This document shows, in pieces, positions 50,458-58,385 of a stretch of 64,000 nt of DNA (its first letter is position 1; every line of letters starts with the position of its first letter). A program made the position numbers and the translations under genes. This stretch comes from Hyphomicrobiales bacterium (GTDB lineage: Bacteria > Eisenbacteria > RBG-16-71-46 > SZUA-252). Below the pieces are notes generated by a model. It did no database searches. It saw only the letters and a program-made list of their open reading frames with translations, and had not been told where the DNA came from. The DNA lies in contig JBLMXB010000029.1 in NCBI GenBank assembly GCA_050257555.1, positions 7,174 to 71,173 on the forward strand. Direction: 5' to 3'.

Positions 50458-51252
50458 GTGACGACCGAACGACTCTGGCGCCCGCCGGCGGGAGCGCTTC
50501 CGCCCGCGACCGACTTCGCGGTCACGACCCGGCGCGGCGGCGCGAGCGCGGGCCCGTTCGCCACGCTCAACGTCGGCCTCGTGCCGGGCGAGCGCGAGGA
50601 GGCGGTCGCGGAGAACCGGCGCCGCGTGCGGGCCGATTTCGGCGCCGGCGAGCGGGAGCCTTTCCGCGTCCACCAGGTCCACGGCGACCGGATCGTTCCC
50701 GCCCGGTCCGCCGGCGACGCGCCGGGCCTCCGCGCCGACGGGCTCCTCCTCGACGGTCCGAGGCGCGACGCGACGACCCCGGGCGACGCCCGTATCCCCT
50801 GCGTCGCGGTCAGCGTCGCGGATTGCGCGCCGGTCGCGATCGTCGCCGAGGGAGCGCCGCTCGCGGCGCTCCTCCATTGCGGCTGGCGCGGCACCGTGGC
50901 CGGCATCGTGCCGCGCGCCGTCTCGCTCCTCGAGGCGCGCGGCGCGCGCGCCCGCGCGCTCCGCGCCGTCGTCGGCCCCTGCATCCACCCGTGCTGCTAT
51001 CCCGTGGGGCCGGACGTCGCGGCGCGGTTCCCCACGATCCACCTCGTGCCGCACGCGAGCGGCCGTCACGCGCTCGATCTCCCCGGCGCGATCGTCGCGA
51101 CCCTGCGCGCCGCCGGCGTCCCCGCGTCCCGCATCACGGTCGCCGGCGAGTGCACGTCCTGCCGGAGCGACCTCTTCTTCTCCCACCGGCGCGACCGCGG
51201 CGTCACGGGGCGCCACTGGGCGCTCCTTCGTCTGGGGCGCGCGCCCGCGTGA
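50458..51252 (+). CDS. pgeF: YfiH/PgeF-family (DUF152) purine nucleoside phosphorylase / peptidoglycan editing factor
   Basis: GTG at 50458. VTTRRGGASAGPFATLNVG, VHQVHGD, ADCAPV, HCGWRG and FFSHRRD are the family's conserved blocks. This is the only supported plus-strand gene. Confidence 0.8.
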   Translation: MTTERLWRPPAGALPPATDFAVTTRRGGASAGPFATLNVGLVPGEREEAVAENRRRVRADFGAGEREPFRVHQVHGDRIVPARSAGDAPGLRADGLLLDGPRRDATTPGDARIPCVAVSVADCAPVAIVAEGAPLAALLHCGWRGTVAGIVPRAVSLLEARGARARALRAVVGPCIHPCCYPVGPDVAARFPTIHLVPHASGRHALDLPGAIVATLRAAGVPASRITVAGECTSCRSDLFFSHRRDRGVTGRHWALLRLGRAPA

Positions 51253-51784
51253 GGGTGCGCACCAGACGCCGGTAGCCCTTCCGCCCGACGAAGCCGAGGA
51301 AGAGTCCGAGGATCGTCCCACCGAGCACGTCCGACGGCCAGTGGTCGCCGACGTAGATCCGCGACAGGGAGACCGCGCCCGCGACGACGTACGCCGCCAC
51401 CGTGATCTCCGGGAAGACCGCGGCGATCACGGGCGCGGCCGCGAAGAAGTTCGTCGCGTGCACCGAAGGGAACGAATAGCTGTGTCGGACCCCGAAGAGC
51501 GGGCGCGCGTCGGCGAGGACCACCGAGGGCCGGGCGCGCTTGAAGATCGGCTTCAGCACCTTGGCCGACGTCTGGTCCGAGATCGCGAGCGTGAGCGCCA
51601 GGACCACGAGGCCGATCGCGCCGCGGGCGCGGCGGAGGAGCGGGAAGCAGAGCCCGATCGCGACGAGAATCGGGATCTTGAATGCGCCGGGATCGGTCAG
51701 CGCGCGCATCACGGGATCGAGCCAGGCCTGGTGGCACCCGAGGTGGATGGCCCGGAAGACGGCCGTGTCCCACGCCTGCCCCAT
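51203..51784 (-). CDS. PAP2-family lipid phosphatase
   Basis: 193 aa membrane ORF with the tripartite PAP2 motif KPIFKRARP … SFPSVHA … SRIYVGDHWPSDV. It is 12 nt downstream of the giant OMP gene. Confidence 0.8.
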   Translation of the reverse strand: MGQAWDTAVFRAIHLGCHQAWLDPVMRALTDPGAFKIPILVAIGLCFPLLRRARGAIGLVVLALTLAISDQTSAKVLKPIFKRARPSVVLADARPLFGVRHSYSFPSVHATNFFAAAPVIAAVFPEITVAAYVVAGAVSLSRIYVGDHWPSDVLGGTILGLFLGFVGRKGYRRLVRTLTRARAPDEGAPSGAP

Positions 51785-51796
51785 CCGGGCTCCCGA

Positions 51797-54700
51797 TCAG
51801 AAGTCCGCGCCGAACGTCACGAAATTCTGCGGCCTTCCGACCCCGCCGTTCAATTTGAACTCCCGCCCGTAGTCGTAGCGGAGGATGAAGTAGCCGAGGT
51901 TGACGCGGGCGCCGAAGCCCCAGGCGAGGTGGAGGTTCTCCGTGTGGAGTCCGCCGGCGGTCGAGAAGAAGACCGGGTCCGTCCCCTTCTCCCACGCCGT
52001 CGCGCCGTCGAGGAACATCACCCCGTTGAAGCCGCCGAGGCCCAGGGAGAGCGGCCAGCCGAGCCGGAGCTGCTCGATCAGCGGGAAGCGGAACTCGAGG
52101 TTCCCGATCAGCGCCCGCGTCCCGACGAGGTCGCCGTAGTCGGCGCCGCGGTACGTGAACGCGCCGCCGAACCGGAAGAGCTGCGGATCCCGCCCCCACG
52201 AGCCGCCGGCGATCAGCCGCTGCGCGAGGGCGTACCGGTGGCGGATGTTGGTGTAGCGCCGCCAGTCGAGGATCCCCGTCGTGTAGTGCACGTCGCCGAT
52301 CGCGTGCTCGAGCGAGTACCGCGAGCGGCCGCCGTTGATCGGCCCCGTGGAGTTGTACAGCGTGTTGTCGGCCACGAGCCCGATGTTCGGCGCCACGTAG
52401 AAGAAGTCACCGTTGTTCTGGAGCGTCGAGATCGTCCCCAGGTCGTAGTTGTACTGGAGCACCCGCTCGCTGATCACCGCGGACGTGATGCCGTACTCGA
52501 ACCGCCGGAACCGGTTGAACGGACGCGCGAAGAAGATCGACCCGCCGCGGTAGATCTGGCTCTCCACGTTGTCGCTCGACGGCGCCGACAGGAGCAGGAG
52601 GTCGTTCCGGTACTGGAAGACCGCGAGGCCCCAGTTCGTCCGGTGCGCGAGGTTCGAGTACGCGAGGTAGATGTCCGACTGCGAGAGGTCGCCGTAGAGG
52701 TTCAGGACGGCCAGGATGTTCCGGTTGCCGAGCACGTCGCTGAACGAGATCACGCTCGAGCCCGCGAATCCGATGTTCGAGGCGAAGAGGGCGCCGCCGC
52801 TCACGTAGTCGCGCGAGAACTTCGCCTTGTACGGCAGGCGCACGAACGACGTGCTGTCGGCGAGCGGCTCGCGATAGACCTCCCGGATGTACGTGCCGAG
52901 CGTCGTGTCGATCACCGCCCCGCTCGAATCGGCCGGCGTCGCCGCCCGGACCCGGAGCGCCGCGGAGGTCGCGGCGCCGCCCGAGGCGCTGTCGGCGGCC
53001 GCGGAATCCGCGGGGGCGTCGCCGCCCGACGTCGCGACGGAATCGGCCGGGGCGGCGGGCGCCTCGTCCGGCGGGGCGGCGGGCGCCTCGTCCGGCGGGG
53101 CCGCGGCGAGCACCGACGGCATCAGCCCGCTCGATGCCTCCTGGGTGCCGAGCGGCGCAAGCGAGCCGATCGCCCCCGGCGCGAGGTCCTGGTCGGCCAG
53201 GATCATCGTGACCGGCGCGTTGATGAACTTCCGCGGCTCGCGCACCGAGTAGATGTCCCACCCGCCGCGCGTGAAGGCCGTGAAGAGGAGGCGCTTCCCG
53301 TCGGGGGAGAGCGAGATGCACGGCGCGTTCGGCACGAGCCCCGAGACGCCGTTCAGCAGGTTCGAGAGGCGGTAGGAGTCGGCCGTGGCCAGGTCGAGCC
53401 GGTAGATGTTCGGCGTCCCCGAGCGGTCGGAGACGAAGACCAGCGACTTGCCGTCGGGCGTCCACTGCGGGGAGAAGCTGGATCCGCTCTGCTTCGGCAG
53501 GACCCGGACCTCGCCCGTGGTCATGTCGTAGAGCGCGAGGCGGAGCTTGCCGAAGATCAGCCGCTCGGGCTCCGTCCCGGCGCCGCGGTCGGTCGTGAAC
53601 GCGATCGTCCCCCCGTCCGGCGACCAGGCAGGGTCGCGGTACGAGTACGGCCCGCCCGCGAGCTCGCGGAGATCCTTCCCGTCCGCGCCGGCGACGTAGA
53701 GCGCGGACATTCCGTTCTTGAGCCCGACGAACGCGATCCGTTTCCCGTCCGGCGACCAGGCCGGGGAGTAGATCGCGTCGAGCCCGAAGCGGAGCTTCCG
53801 CTCGATCTTCCCCGACGGGATCCCGATCACGTAGATCGCGTCCTCGGGGCCCGACTTGACCGGGAGCGCGATCTCCTTCTCGTCGGGCGCCCAGGCGATG
53901 GAGGAGTCGAAGTAACGGAGCGTCTCGTACGTGCCGGTCCGCTCCCCCGACACCAGCTTCTTGAACACCTTCCCGTCGAGGGCCGACGCGAGATAGACGT
54001 CGTTGTACATGCTCCGGTCGGAGATGAAGACCATCTGGAGCCCGGACGGCGACACGGCCGGCGCGACGTTGAAATCGGAGAGATCGTGCTCGGAGTCGGT
54101 CAGCTTCGAGGCGATCACGTCGGGCTTGTCGCTGTCCGCGATCTGCGGCAGGTACTGCTTGCGCACCGCCTCCTGCCACTTCTTGGAGAGCACGTCGACG
54201 GTCAGGCCGGTCGACGCCTCGAGCGCCCGCTCCGCGCTCCCCATCCGCTTCGTCCGTTTCAGGATCTCCCCGATCTTCTCGATCCCGTACGTGTCGGCGA
54301 TGAACTGCCAGATCGACTGGCCGAAGCGATAGACGCGGAGATCGCCGACGTACGACAGGACCCCGATCGGGATGAGGTACCCCTCGAGCGAGGCGTCGCG
54401 GAGCCACATCTGCGTGTTCGTGTCGATCTCGCCGACCGACAGGTACTCCGCCATCCCCTCCATGAACCACCCCGGCGGCGCGTTGGCGAAGGGGTTCGAG
54501 ACGAGACCGCCCCGGTCGCCGAAGAGGATGTCGACCTGGAACGCGTGCACCAGCTCGTGGGTCAGGACGTGGTCGAACTCCGCGAAGTCGCCGGTGAACG
54601 GCAGGAAGACCCGCCGCTTCAGGTACTCGGTGATCCCGCCCGTGCCGAGGCTGATCAGCTCCGGCGTGATGTTCGTCTGCTCGAAGTCGGAGTGGGACGC

Positions 54701-55024
54701 GTAGAGGACGAGCGGCACCCGCTCCCGGATGTCGTGGTGGAGCACGCGGCTCAGCCGGTCGTACGCGCGCTCGGCCATCAGCGCGGCGTCCTGCACCGCC
54801 GCCTCGGTCCCCGTGTAGTGGTAGATGTCGAAGTGCTGCGTGCGCAGCACCTTCCAGTTGAACTTCTTGTACTGGACCTTGTTCTGGCCGAACCACTGCG
54901 CCTCGGCGCGCGGCGGCGCCGCGGTCGCGAGGAGCGCGGCCAGCGCGAGGAGCACGACCCACGCGGCGCGGGCGCGTCCGCGGGGCGGACGGGACGGGAG
55001 CTGCCGGTCTCGCTGTCGCATCAT
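51797..55024 (-). CDS. Giant outer-membrane protein A: HExxH peptidase-like domain + TolB/PD40-like beta-propeller + Omp85-type beta-barrel
   Basis: 1075 aa ORF. It has a signal peptide (…ATAAPPRAEA), HELVHAF plus EGMAEY, repeated PAWSPDGKRIAF / PAWSPDGGTIAF / PQWTPDGKSLVF / LSPDGKRLLF, an Ala/Pro/Ser linker, a C-terminal barrel (LEFRFPL, FLDGATAW, GFGARVNLGYFILRYDYG) and a terminal F. Confidence 0.8.
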   Translation of the reverse strand: MMRQRDRQLPSRPPRGRARAAWVVLLALAALLATAAPPRAEAQWFGQNKVQYKKFNWKVLRTQHFDIYHYTGTEAAVQDAALMAERAYDRLSRVLHHDIRERVPLVLYASHSDFEQTNITPELISLGTGGITEYLKRRVFLPFTGDFAEFDHVLTHELVHAFQVDILFGDRGGLVSNPFANAPPGWFMEGMAEYLSVGEIDTNTQMWLRDASLEGYLIPIGVLSYVGDLRVYRFGQSIWQFIADTYGIEKIGEILKRTKRMGSAERALEASTGLTVDVLSKKWQEAVRKQYLPQIADSDKPDVIASKLTDSEHDLSDFNVAPAVSPSGLQMVFISDRSMYNDVYLASALDGKVFKKLVSGERTGTYETLRYFDSSIAWAPDEKEIALPVKSGPEDAIYVIGIPSGKIERKLRFGLDAIYSPAWSPDGKRIAFVGLKNGMSALYVAGADGKDLRELAGGPYSYRDPAWSPDGGTIAFTTDRGAGTEPERLIFGKLRLALYDMTTGEVRVLPKQSGSSFSPQWTPDGKSLVFVSDRSGTPNIYRLDLATADSYRLSNLLNGVSGLVPNAPCISLSPDGKRLLFTAFTRGGWDIYSVREPRKFINAPVTMILADQDLAPGAIGSLAPLGTQEASSGLMPSVLAAAPPDEAPAAPPDEAPAAPADSVATSGGDAPADSAAADSASGGAATSAALRVRAATPADSSGAVIDTTLGTYIREVYREPLADSTSFVRLPYKAKFSRDYVSGGALFASNIGFAGSSVISFSDVLGNRNILAVLNLYGDLSQSDIYLAYSNLAHRTNWGLAVFQYRNDLLLLSAPSSDNVESQIYRGGSIFFARPFNRFRRFEYGITSAVISERVLQYNYDLGTISTLQNNGDFFYVAPNIGLVADNTLYNSTGPINGGRSRYSLEHAIGDVHYTTGILDWRRYTNIRHRYALAQRLIAGGSWGRDPQLFRFGGAFTYRGADYGDLVGTRALIGNLEFRFPLIEQLRLGWPLSLGLGGFNGVMFLDGATAWEKGTDPVFFSTAGGLHTENLHLAWGFGARVNLGYFILRYDYGREFKLNGGVGRPQNFVTFGADF
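53049..53100. repeat. 24-bp tandem duplication (about 2.2 copies) in the linker of giant OMP A
   Basis: ggggcggcgggcgcctcgtccggc occurs at 53049-53072 and 53073-53096, followed by a partial third copy. It encodes PPDEAPAA twice. Confidence 0.85.
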
Positions 55025-56226
55025 GTCGTCGTCCCCTTCTCGGTGCCGGCCATCGCGAGACGCCCCGCCTCGTCGAGGGCGGCGGCGACGCTCGTCTCGG
55101 GAATCGCTCCCTGCGCGGACTCGGGCCGGCCGCCCCCCTTGGCCCCGTGCCGGCGGCAGAGATCGGCGAAGATCGCGCCTACCGCTATTGTACCCTTCGG
55201 CGCGGAAAAGTGCGCGCGGGCGCTCCCGCGCCCGGCGGCCAGGAGCGCGATCCCGCCGCGCGCCGCGATCGAGGCCGCCAACGGCGCGATCTCCGCGGGG
55301 TCGCGGTCCGGGAAGTGGCGGACCACGACCGGCCCGCGCGCCCCGGCGGGCGCGCCGGCCACCAGCGCCTCGGCTTCGCGCTCGAGCGCCTCCTTGAGGA
55401 GCGGCTTGAGGCGCGCCTCGAGGCGGCCCCGCTCCTCCCGGAGCCGCGCGATGGCGCGGGGAAGCTCGGCCTCGCCCGTCGTGAACTCGAGGCAGAGCCC
55501 CTTCAGCACCGACGTCGCGTCCCGGAGCCGGCGAAGCGCCCGTCCCCCGCAGGCGAACGGGATCCTCGTCCCTCCCTTGTACCGCTCGGCACCGAGGATC
55601 GTGACGATCCCGACGGCGCCCGAGCGGCGGACGTGGGTGCCGCCGCAGGCCGACCAGTCGAATGCGTCCACCTCGACGACCCGGACCTCCCCCTCCACGT
55701 CGGGCGGCTTCCGGAGCGGGAACGAGCGCGCCTGCTCGAGGCTCACGACGTGCGTGCGCACGTCCCGATCCTCCCAGACGATCTCGTTCGCGCGGTCCTC
55801 GACGCGCGCCAGGAGCGCCGCGTCGGGGCCGGGATGGTCGACGTCGATCGTCACGACGTCCTCCCCCAGGTGGAACGAGCGGGTGTCGGCCCGCGCCACG
55901 TCGACGAACGCGCGGGAGAGGATGTGCTGCCCGGTGTGCTGCTGCATGTGGTCGAAGCGGCGCGCCCAGTCGAGCGCGCCGGCCACCGGCGCTCCGGGCT
56001 CGAGCGCGCCGGCGACGACGTGCCAGATCGTCCCGTCCTCCTCGAGGACGTCCGTGACGGCGTGGCCGTCGAGCGTGCCGCGGTCGGAGGGCTGCCCCCC
56101 GCCGCCGGGGTAGAACGCGGTCGCGTCGAGGGCGACGCGCGTCGCCCCGCCGTCGGCGCGCGCCTCCCGGACGCGGGACTCGAAGGCGCGGAGCAGGGAA
56201 TCGTCGTAGTAGAGGCGCTGGGTCAA
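55021..56226 (-). CDS. alaX: AlaX-L-type alanyl-tRNA editing protein (tRNA_SAD + DHHA1-like)
   Basis: 401 aa ORF with a TTG start at 56226 (GAGGA upstream). The zinc/editing motifs are HTGQHIL and CGGTHV. The C-terminal GGGRPESAQG is typical of the AlaRS C-terminal module. Its stop overlaps the start of OMP A (ATGA). Confidence 0.8.
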   Translation of the reverse strand: MTQRLYYDDSLLRAFESRVREARADGGATRVALDATAFYPGGGGQPSDRGTLDGHAVTDVLEEDGTIWHVVAGALEPGAPVAGALDWARRFDHMQQHTGQHILSRAFVDVARADTRSFHLGEDVVTIDVDHPGPDAALLARVEDRANEIVWEDRDVRTHVVSLEQARSFPLRKPPDVEGEVRVVEVDAFDWSACGGTHVRRSGAVGIVTILGAERYKGGTRIPFACGGRALRRLRDATSVLKGLCLEFTTGEAELPRAIARLREERGRLEARLKPLLKEALEREAEALVAGAPAGARGPVVVRHFPDRDPAEIAPLAASIAARGGIALLAAGRGSARAHFSAPKGTIAVGAIFADLCRRHGAKGGGRPESAQGAIPETSVAAALDEAGRLAMAGTEKGTTT

Positions 56227-56278
56227 CCGAGTGGATCCTCGAACCGGGCGGCGGGGACGTTTCGTCGAGGATACAGGA

Positions 56279-56309
56279 GAGGCTCCCCGACGGGCAATCG
56301 GGGAGCCTC
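56279..56309 (-). terminator. Perfect 12-bp stem / 7-nt loop hairpin between the 165-aa gene and alaX (attenuator/terminator or RNA-stability element; no U tract)
   Basis: gaggctccccga (56279-56290) pairs with tcggggagcctc (56298-56309); the loop is cgggcaa. It lies 24 nt after the upstream stop and 53 nt before the alaX TTG. Confidence 0.4.
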
Positions 56310-56332
56310 GAAGCTTCGTGCGGCGGTCCGGG

Positions 56333-56830
56333 TCAGCGCGTCAGCGCCTCGTTCCGCTGCTCGACCAATTCGGCGATCGTCTCCGTGATGCCGCGGAGCT
56401 CCGCCAGCGTCATCTCGAACCGCTCGTCGTGGACGTACGCCTTCTCCAGCTCGTGCACGGTCGCGTGCAGCTGGTCGAGGGCCTCGACGATGCGGCGGTC
56501 GTAGCCCGACGCCGCGTCCACCGCGTCGTCGCTCAGCGCGCTCTTCTGCGCGGGCGACGCGAGCGGAATCGAGTCGGCCAGGAACTCCAGCTTCCGGGCC
56601 CCGGCGTCCACTTCCTCGAGCAGGTCGGAGTAGTCCTCTCCGAACTGATGGCTCTCGATGCGCTCGAGCCGGTGCGCCTCGCCGGCCAGATGCTCGGCGA
56701 TCGAATGGCGGAACCGGCGGTCGTCCTCGCGGCGCTGCGCCAGCTCCTGATATCCCTTGTAGCCCGGAACCCGGCGCGCGATTTCCTCGACGGCATCGAG
56801 CGTGGCGAGCTTCTGGCGGGTGCGTGGCAT
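56333..56830 (-). CDS. Hypothetical all-helical 165-aa protein
   Basis: ATG at 56830, with AGGAGGA beginning 15 nt upstream of it (8-nt spacer). The acidic, heptad-like sequence is …EEIARRVPGYKGYQELAQRREDDRRFRHSIAEHLAGEAHRLERIE…. The GTG at 56959 would add an Arg-rich extension, which I consider leader. Confidence 0.6.
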   Translation of the reverse strand: MPRTRQKLATLDAVEEIARRVPGYKGYQELAQRREDDRRFRHSIAEHLAGEAHRLERIESHQFGEDYSDLLEEVDAGARKLEFLADSIPLASPAQKSALSDDAVDAASGYDRRIVEALDQLHATVHELEKAYVHDERFEMTLAELRGITETIAELVEQRNEALTR

Positions 56831-57026
56831 TCGGTTCGTCCTCCTGATCCATGCAGAGTGCACGATTCCTCGCCGGTGCACGGCCTCGAGCGACATCACC
56901 GGTCGCCGCCCGGGCTCCGCCCCCCGCACCTTCCGGGTGGCGGTATCGACTTGAAGCACCGACAGATCCGTCCGAATCGCGGGCGCCGCGTCGCCGCGGC
57001 CTCCCCGCGCCCGGGGCCGGAGGTCT

Positions 57027-57041
57027 GCAACGCGTGTGCCA
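57027..57041 (-). promoter_or_regulatory. Sigma-54 (-24/-12) promoter candidate upstream of the 165-aa gene/alaX/OMP A/PAP2 unit
   Basis: The minus strand reads TGGCACACGCGTTGC(A), i.e. TGGCAC-N5-TTGCA. It is 18 nt after the stop of the lipoprotein gene. The predicted leader to the ATG at 56830 is about 185 nt. Confidence 0.6.
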
Positions 57042-57058
57042 TTCCGCCCTCGCGCCCC

Positions 57059-58381
57059 TCACGGGCGGTACGTCACCAGCCGGTACGGTCCGCCGAGGAG
57101 CGCCGATCTCCGAAGCACGACCCCCGCCGGCGAGACCTCGAGGAGGCGGTCGGACTCGAGATCCGCCACCCAGCAGGTGCCCGTGGCCGGGTCGAGCGAG
57201 AGCCCGTACGGTTCGATGCCGGTCAGGGTCGCCTGGATCTGCCCGCCGAGCGCCACGCGCGTGAGCCGCCCGCTCCCGGCCCCCGGCGCGCCGCGCTCGC
57301 TCACCCAGAGCGAGCGGGTCGCGGGATCCACCGCGAGATCGACGACGCCGATCCGCCCGGTCGTGACCGGCGTGCCCGGGTCGGGATCGCCGGCGACCAC
57401 GTAGTAGAGGTCGAAGAGGTTCGGCGCCGAATGCGAGGCGACCCACGCGGCGTCCGCCGCCTCGTCCACCGCGATCGCCACCACGCCGCCCGGGAGCTGC
57501 CACGAGTTCCGGTGCGTGCCGTCGCCGCTCGACGCCTGCACGACGAGCCCCTCCTGCGTTCCCACCCAGACCGTCGCGTTCGCGTTGTCCGTCGCGACCG
57601 CGACCGGATGCTGCCCCGCGACCGACACCGTCGCCGCCGACGTCGGCTGCGTCGTGTCGGGCAGGAAGCTGACCACCTGTCCCACGTCGTACCGCGTGAC
57701 CCAGGCCAGGCCCCGCTGCGTGCTCACCGAGAGCGTGCTCGGGCCGAGCACGTCGATCGTCGGCCCGACGGTCGTGCCGTCGAACCGGCGGCGCTCGACC
57801 GCGTCGAGGTCGTAGTGGCTGAGCCAGAACCAGCCGCGGACGGGATCGAGCGCGACGTCGTCGTACGCGTCCTTCGACGCGATCGTGTAGAAGAGGTCGC
57901 GCGCGTCGGCCGTCAGCGCCGCGTACCCCGGCGGGTCGATGGTCAGCGCCGCGAGGCGGAGCGTGCCCGGCGTCGCCGTGTCGGGCGCGCTCGCCGCGCT
58001 GTCCCCGGTCGCGAAGACCGCGATCAACCGGTAGACGTACGTCGAGTCGTTCGCGACGTCGAAGTCCTCGGTCGCGCCGACGGTCGCCGGGAAGATCGCG
58101 CCGGGCAGGAGGAGCGGCGTCCCCCCCGGCCGCCACCGCTGCACGTGGTAGCCCTCCACGCCGTCGAGGGTGAGGATCGGCCAGCGGAGCTCGACGACGC
58201 CGTCGGACGCGAGCGCGTCGAATCCGACGAGCATCCCATGCGTCGTCCGGTTCCGCGGATCGAGCGGGTTGTCGCGGGCGCGCTTCGCGCAGCCGCCGGC
58301 CAGCGCGGCGAGGAGGAGCGCCAGGACCGCGGCGGCCGCGACGGCGGAGCCGGGACGGCGCGGCGGGGTCACGCGGTCCAC
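57059..58381 (-). CDS. Lipoprotein with Ig/FN3-like domain and NHL/beta-propeller-like repeats
   Basis: 440 aa ORF with a GTG start at 58381. The lipobox is LAALAGGC. Repeated …WV(A/T/S)… blades are present (GLAWVTRYD, ATVWVGTQEG, DAAWVASHS, RSLWVSERG, GTCWVADLES). Confidence 0.6.
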   Translation of the reverse strand: MDRVTPPRRPGSAVAAAAVLALLLAALAGGCAKRARDNPLDPRNRTTHGMLVGFDALASDGVVELRWPILTLDGVEGYHVQRWRPGGTPLLLPGAIFPATVGATEDFDVANDSTYVYRLIAVFATGDSAASAPDTATPGTLRLAALTIDPPGYAALTADARDLFYTIASKDAYDDVALDPVRGWFWLSHYDLDAVERRRFDGTTVGPTIDVLGPSTLSVSTQRGLAWVTRYDVGQVVSFLPDTTQPTSAATVSVAGQHPVAVATDNANATVWVGTQEGLVVQASSGDGTHRNSWQLPGGVVAIAVDEAADAAWVASHSAPNLFDLYYVVAGDPDPGTPVTTGRIGVVDLAVDPATRSLWVSERGAPGAGSGRLTRVALGGQIQATLTGIEPYGLSLDPATGTCWVADLESDRLLEVSPAGVVLRRSALLGGPYRLVTYRP

Positions 58382-58385
58382 GCGG

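Noticed and set aside
51203-51252. A 50-bp convergent 3' overlap of pgeF (+) and the PAP2 gene (-).
   Set aside because: It is real at the ORF level, but the overlapping tails are low-complexity Arg/Ala/Pro-rich C-termini. Convergent tail overlaps are common in high-GC genomes. I see no evidence of a regulatory role.
56333-56830. Calling the 165-aa helical protein a PspA/IM30 homolog.
   Set aside because: Only the regulatory logic resembles the Psp system: sigma-54 control plus a domain-less activator in the window. I see no sequence similarity to PspA, and the protein is shorter. I left it as hypothetical.
56831-57026. A riboswitch (for example c-di-GMP class) in the about 185-nt leader downstream of the sigma-54 promoter.
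   Set aside because: I could not recognise any known riboswitch consensus by eye. The claim would need a covariance-model (Rfam/Infernal) scan. I kept it only as a remark on the long leader.
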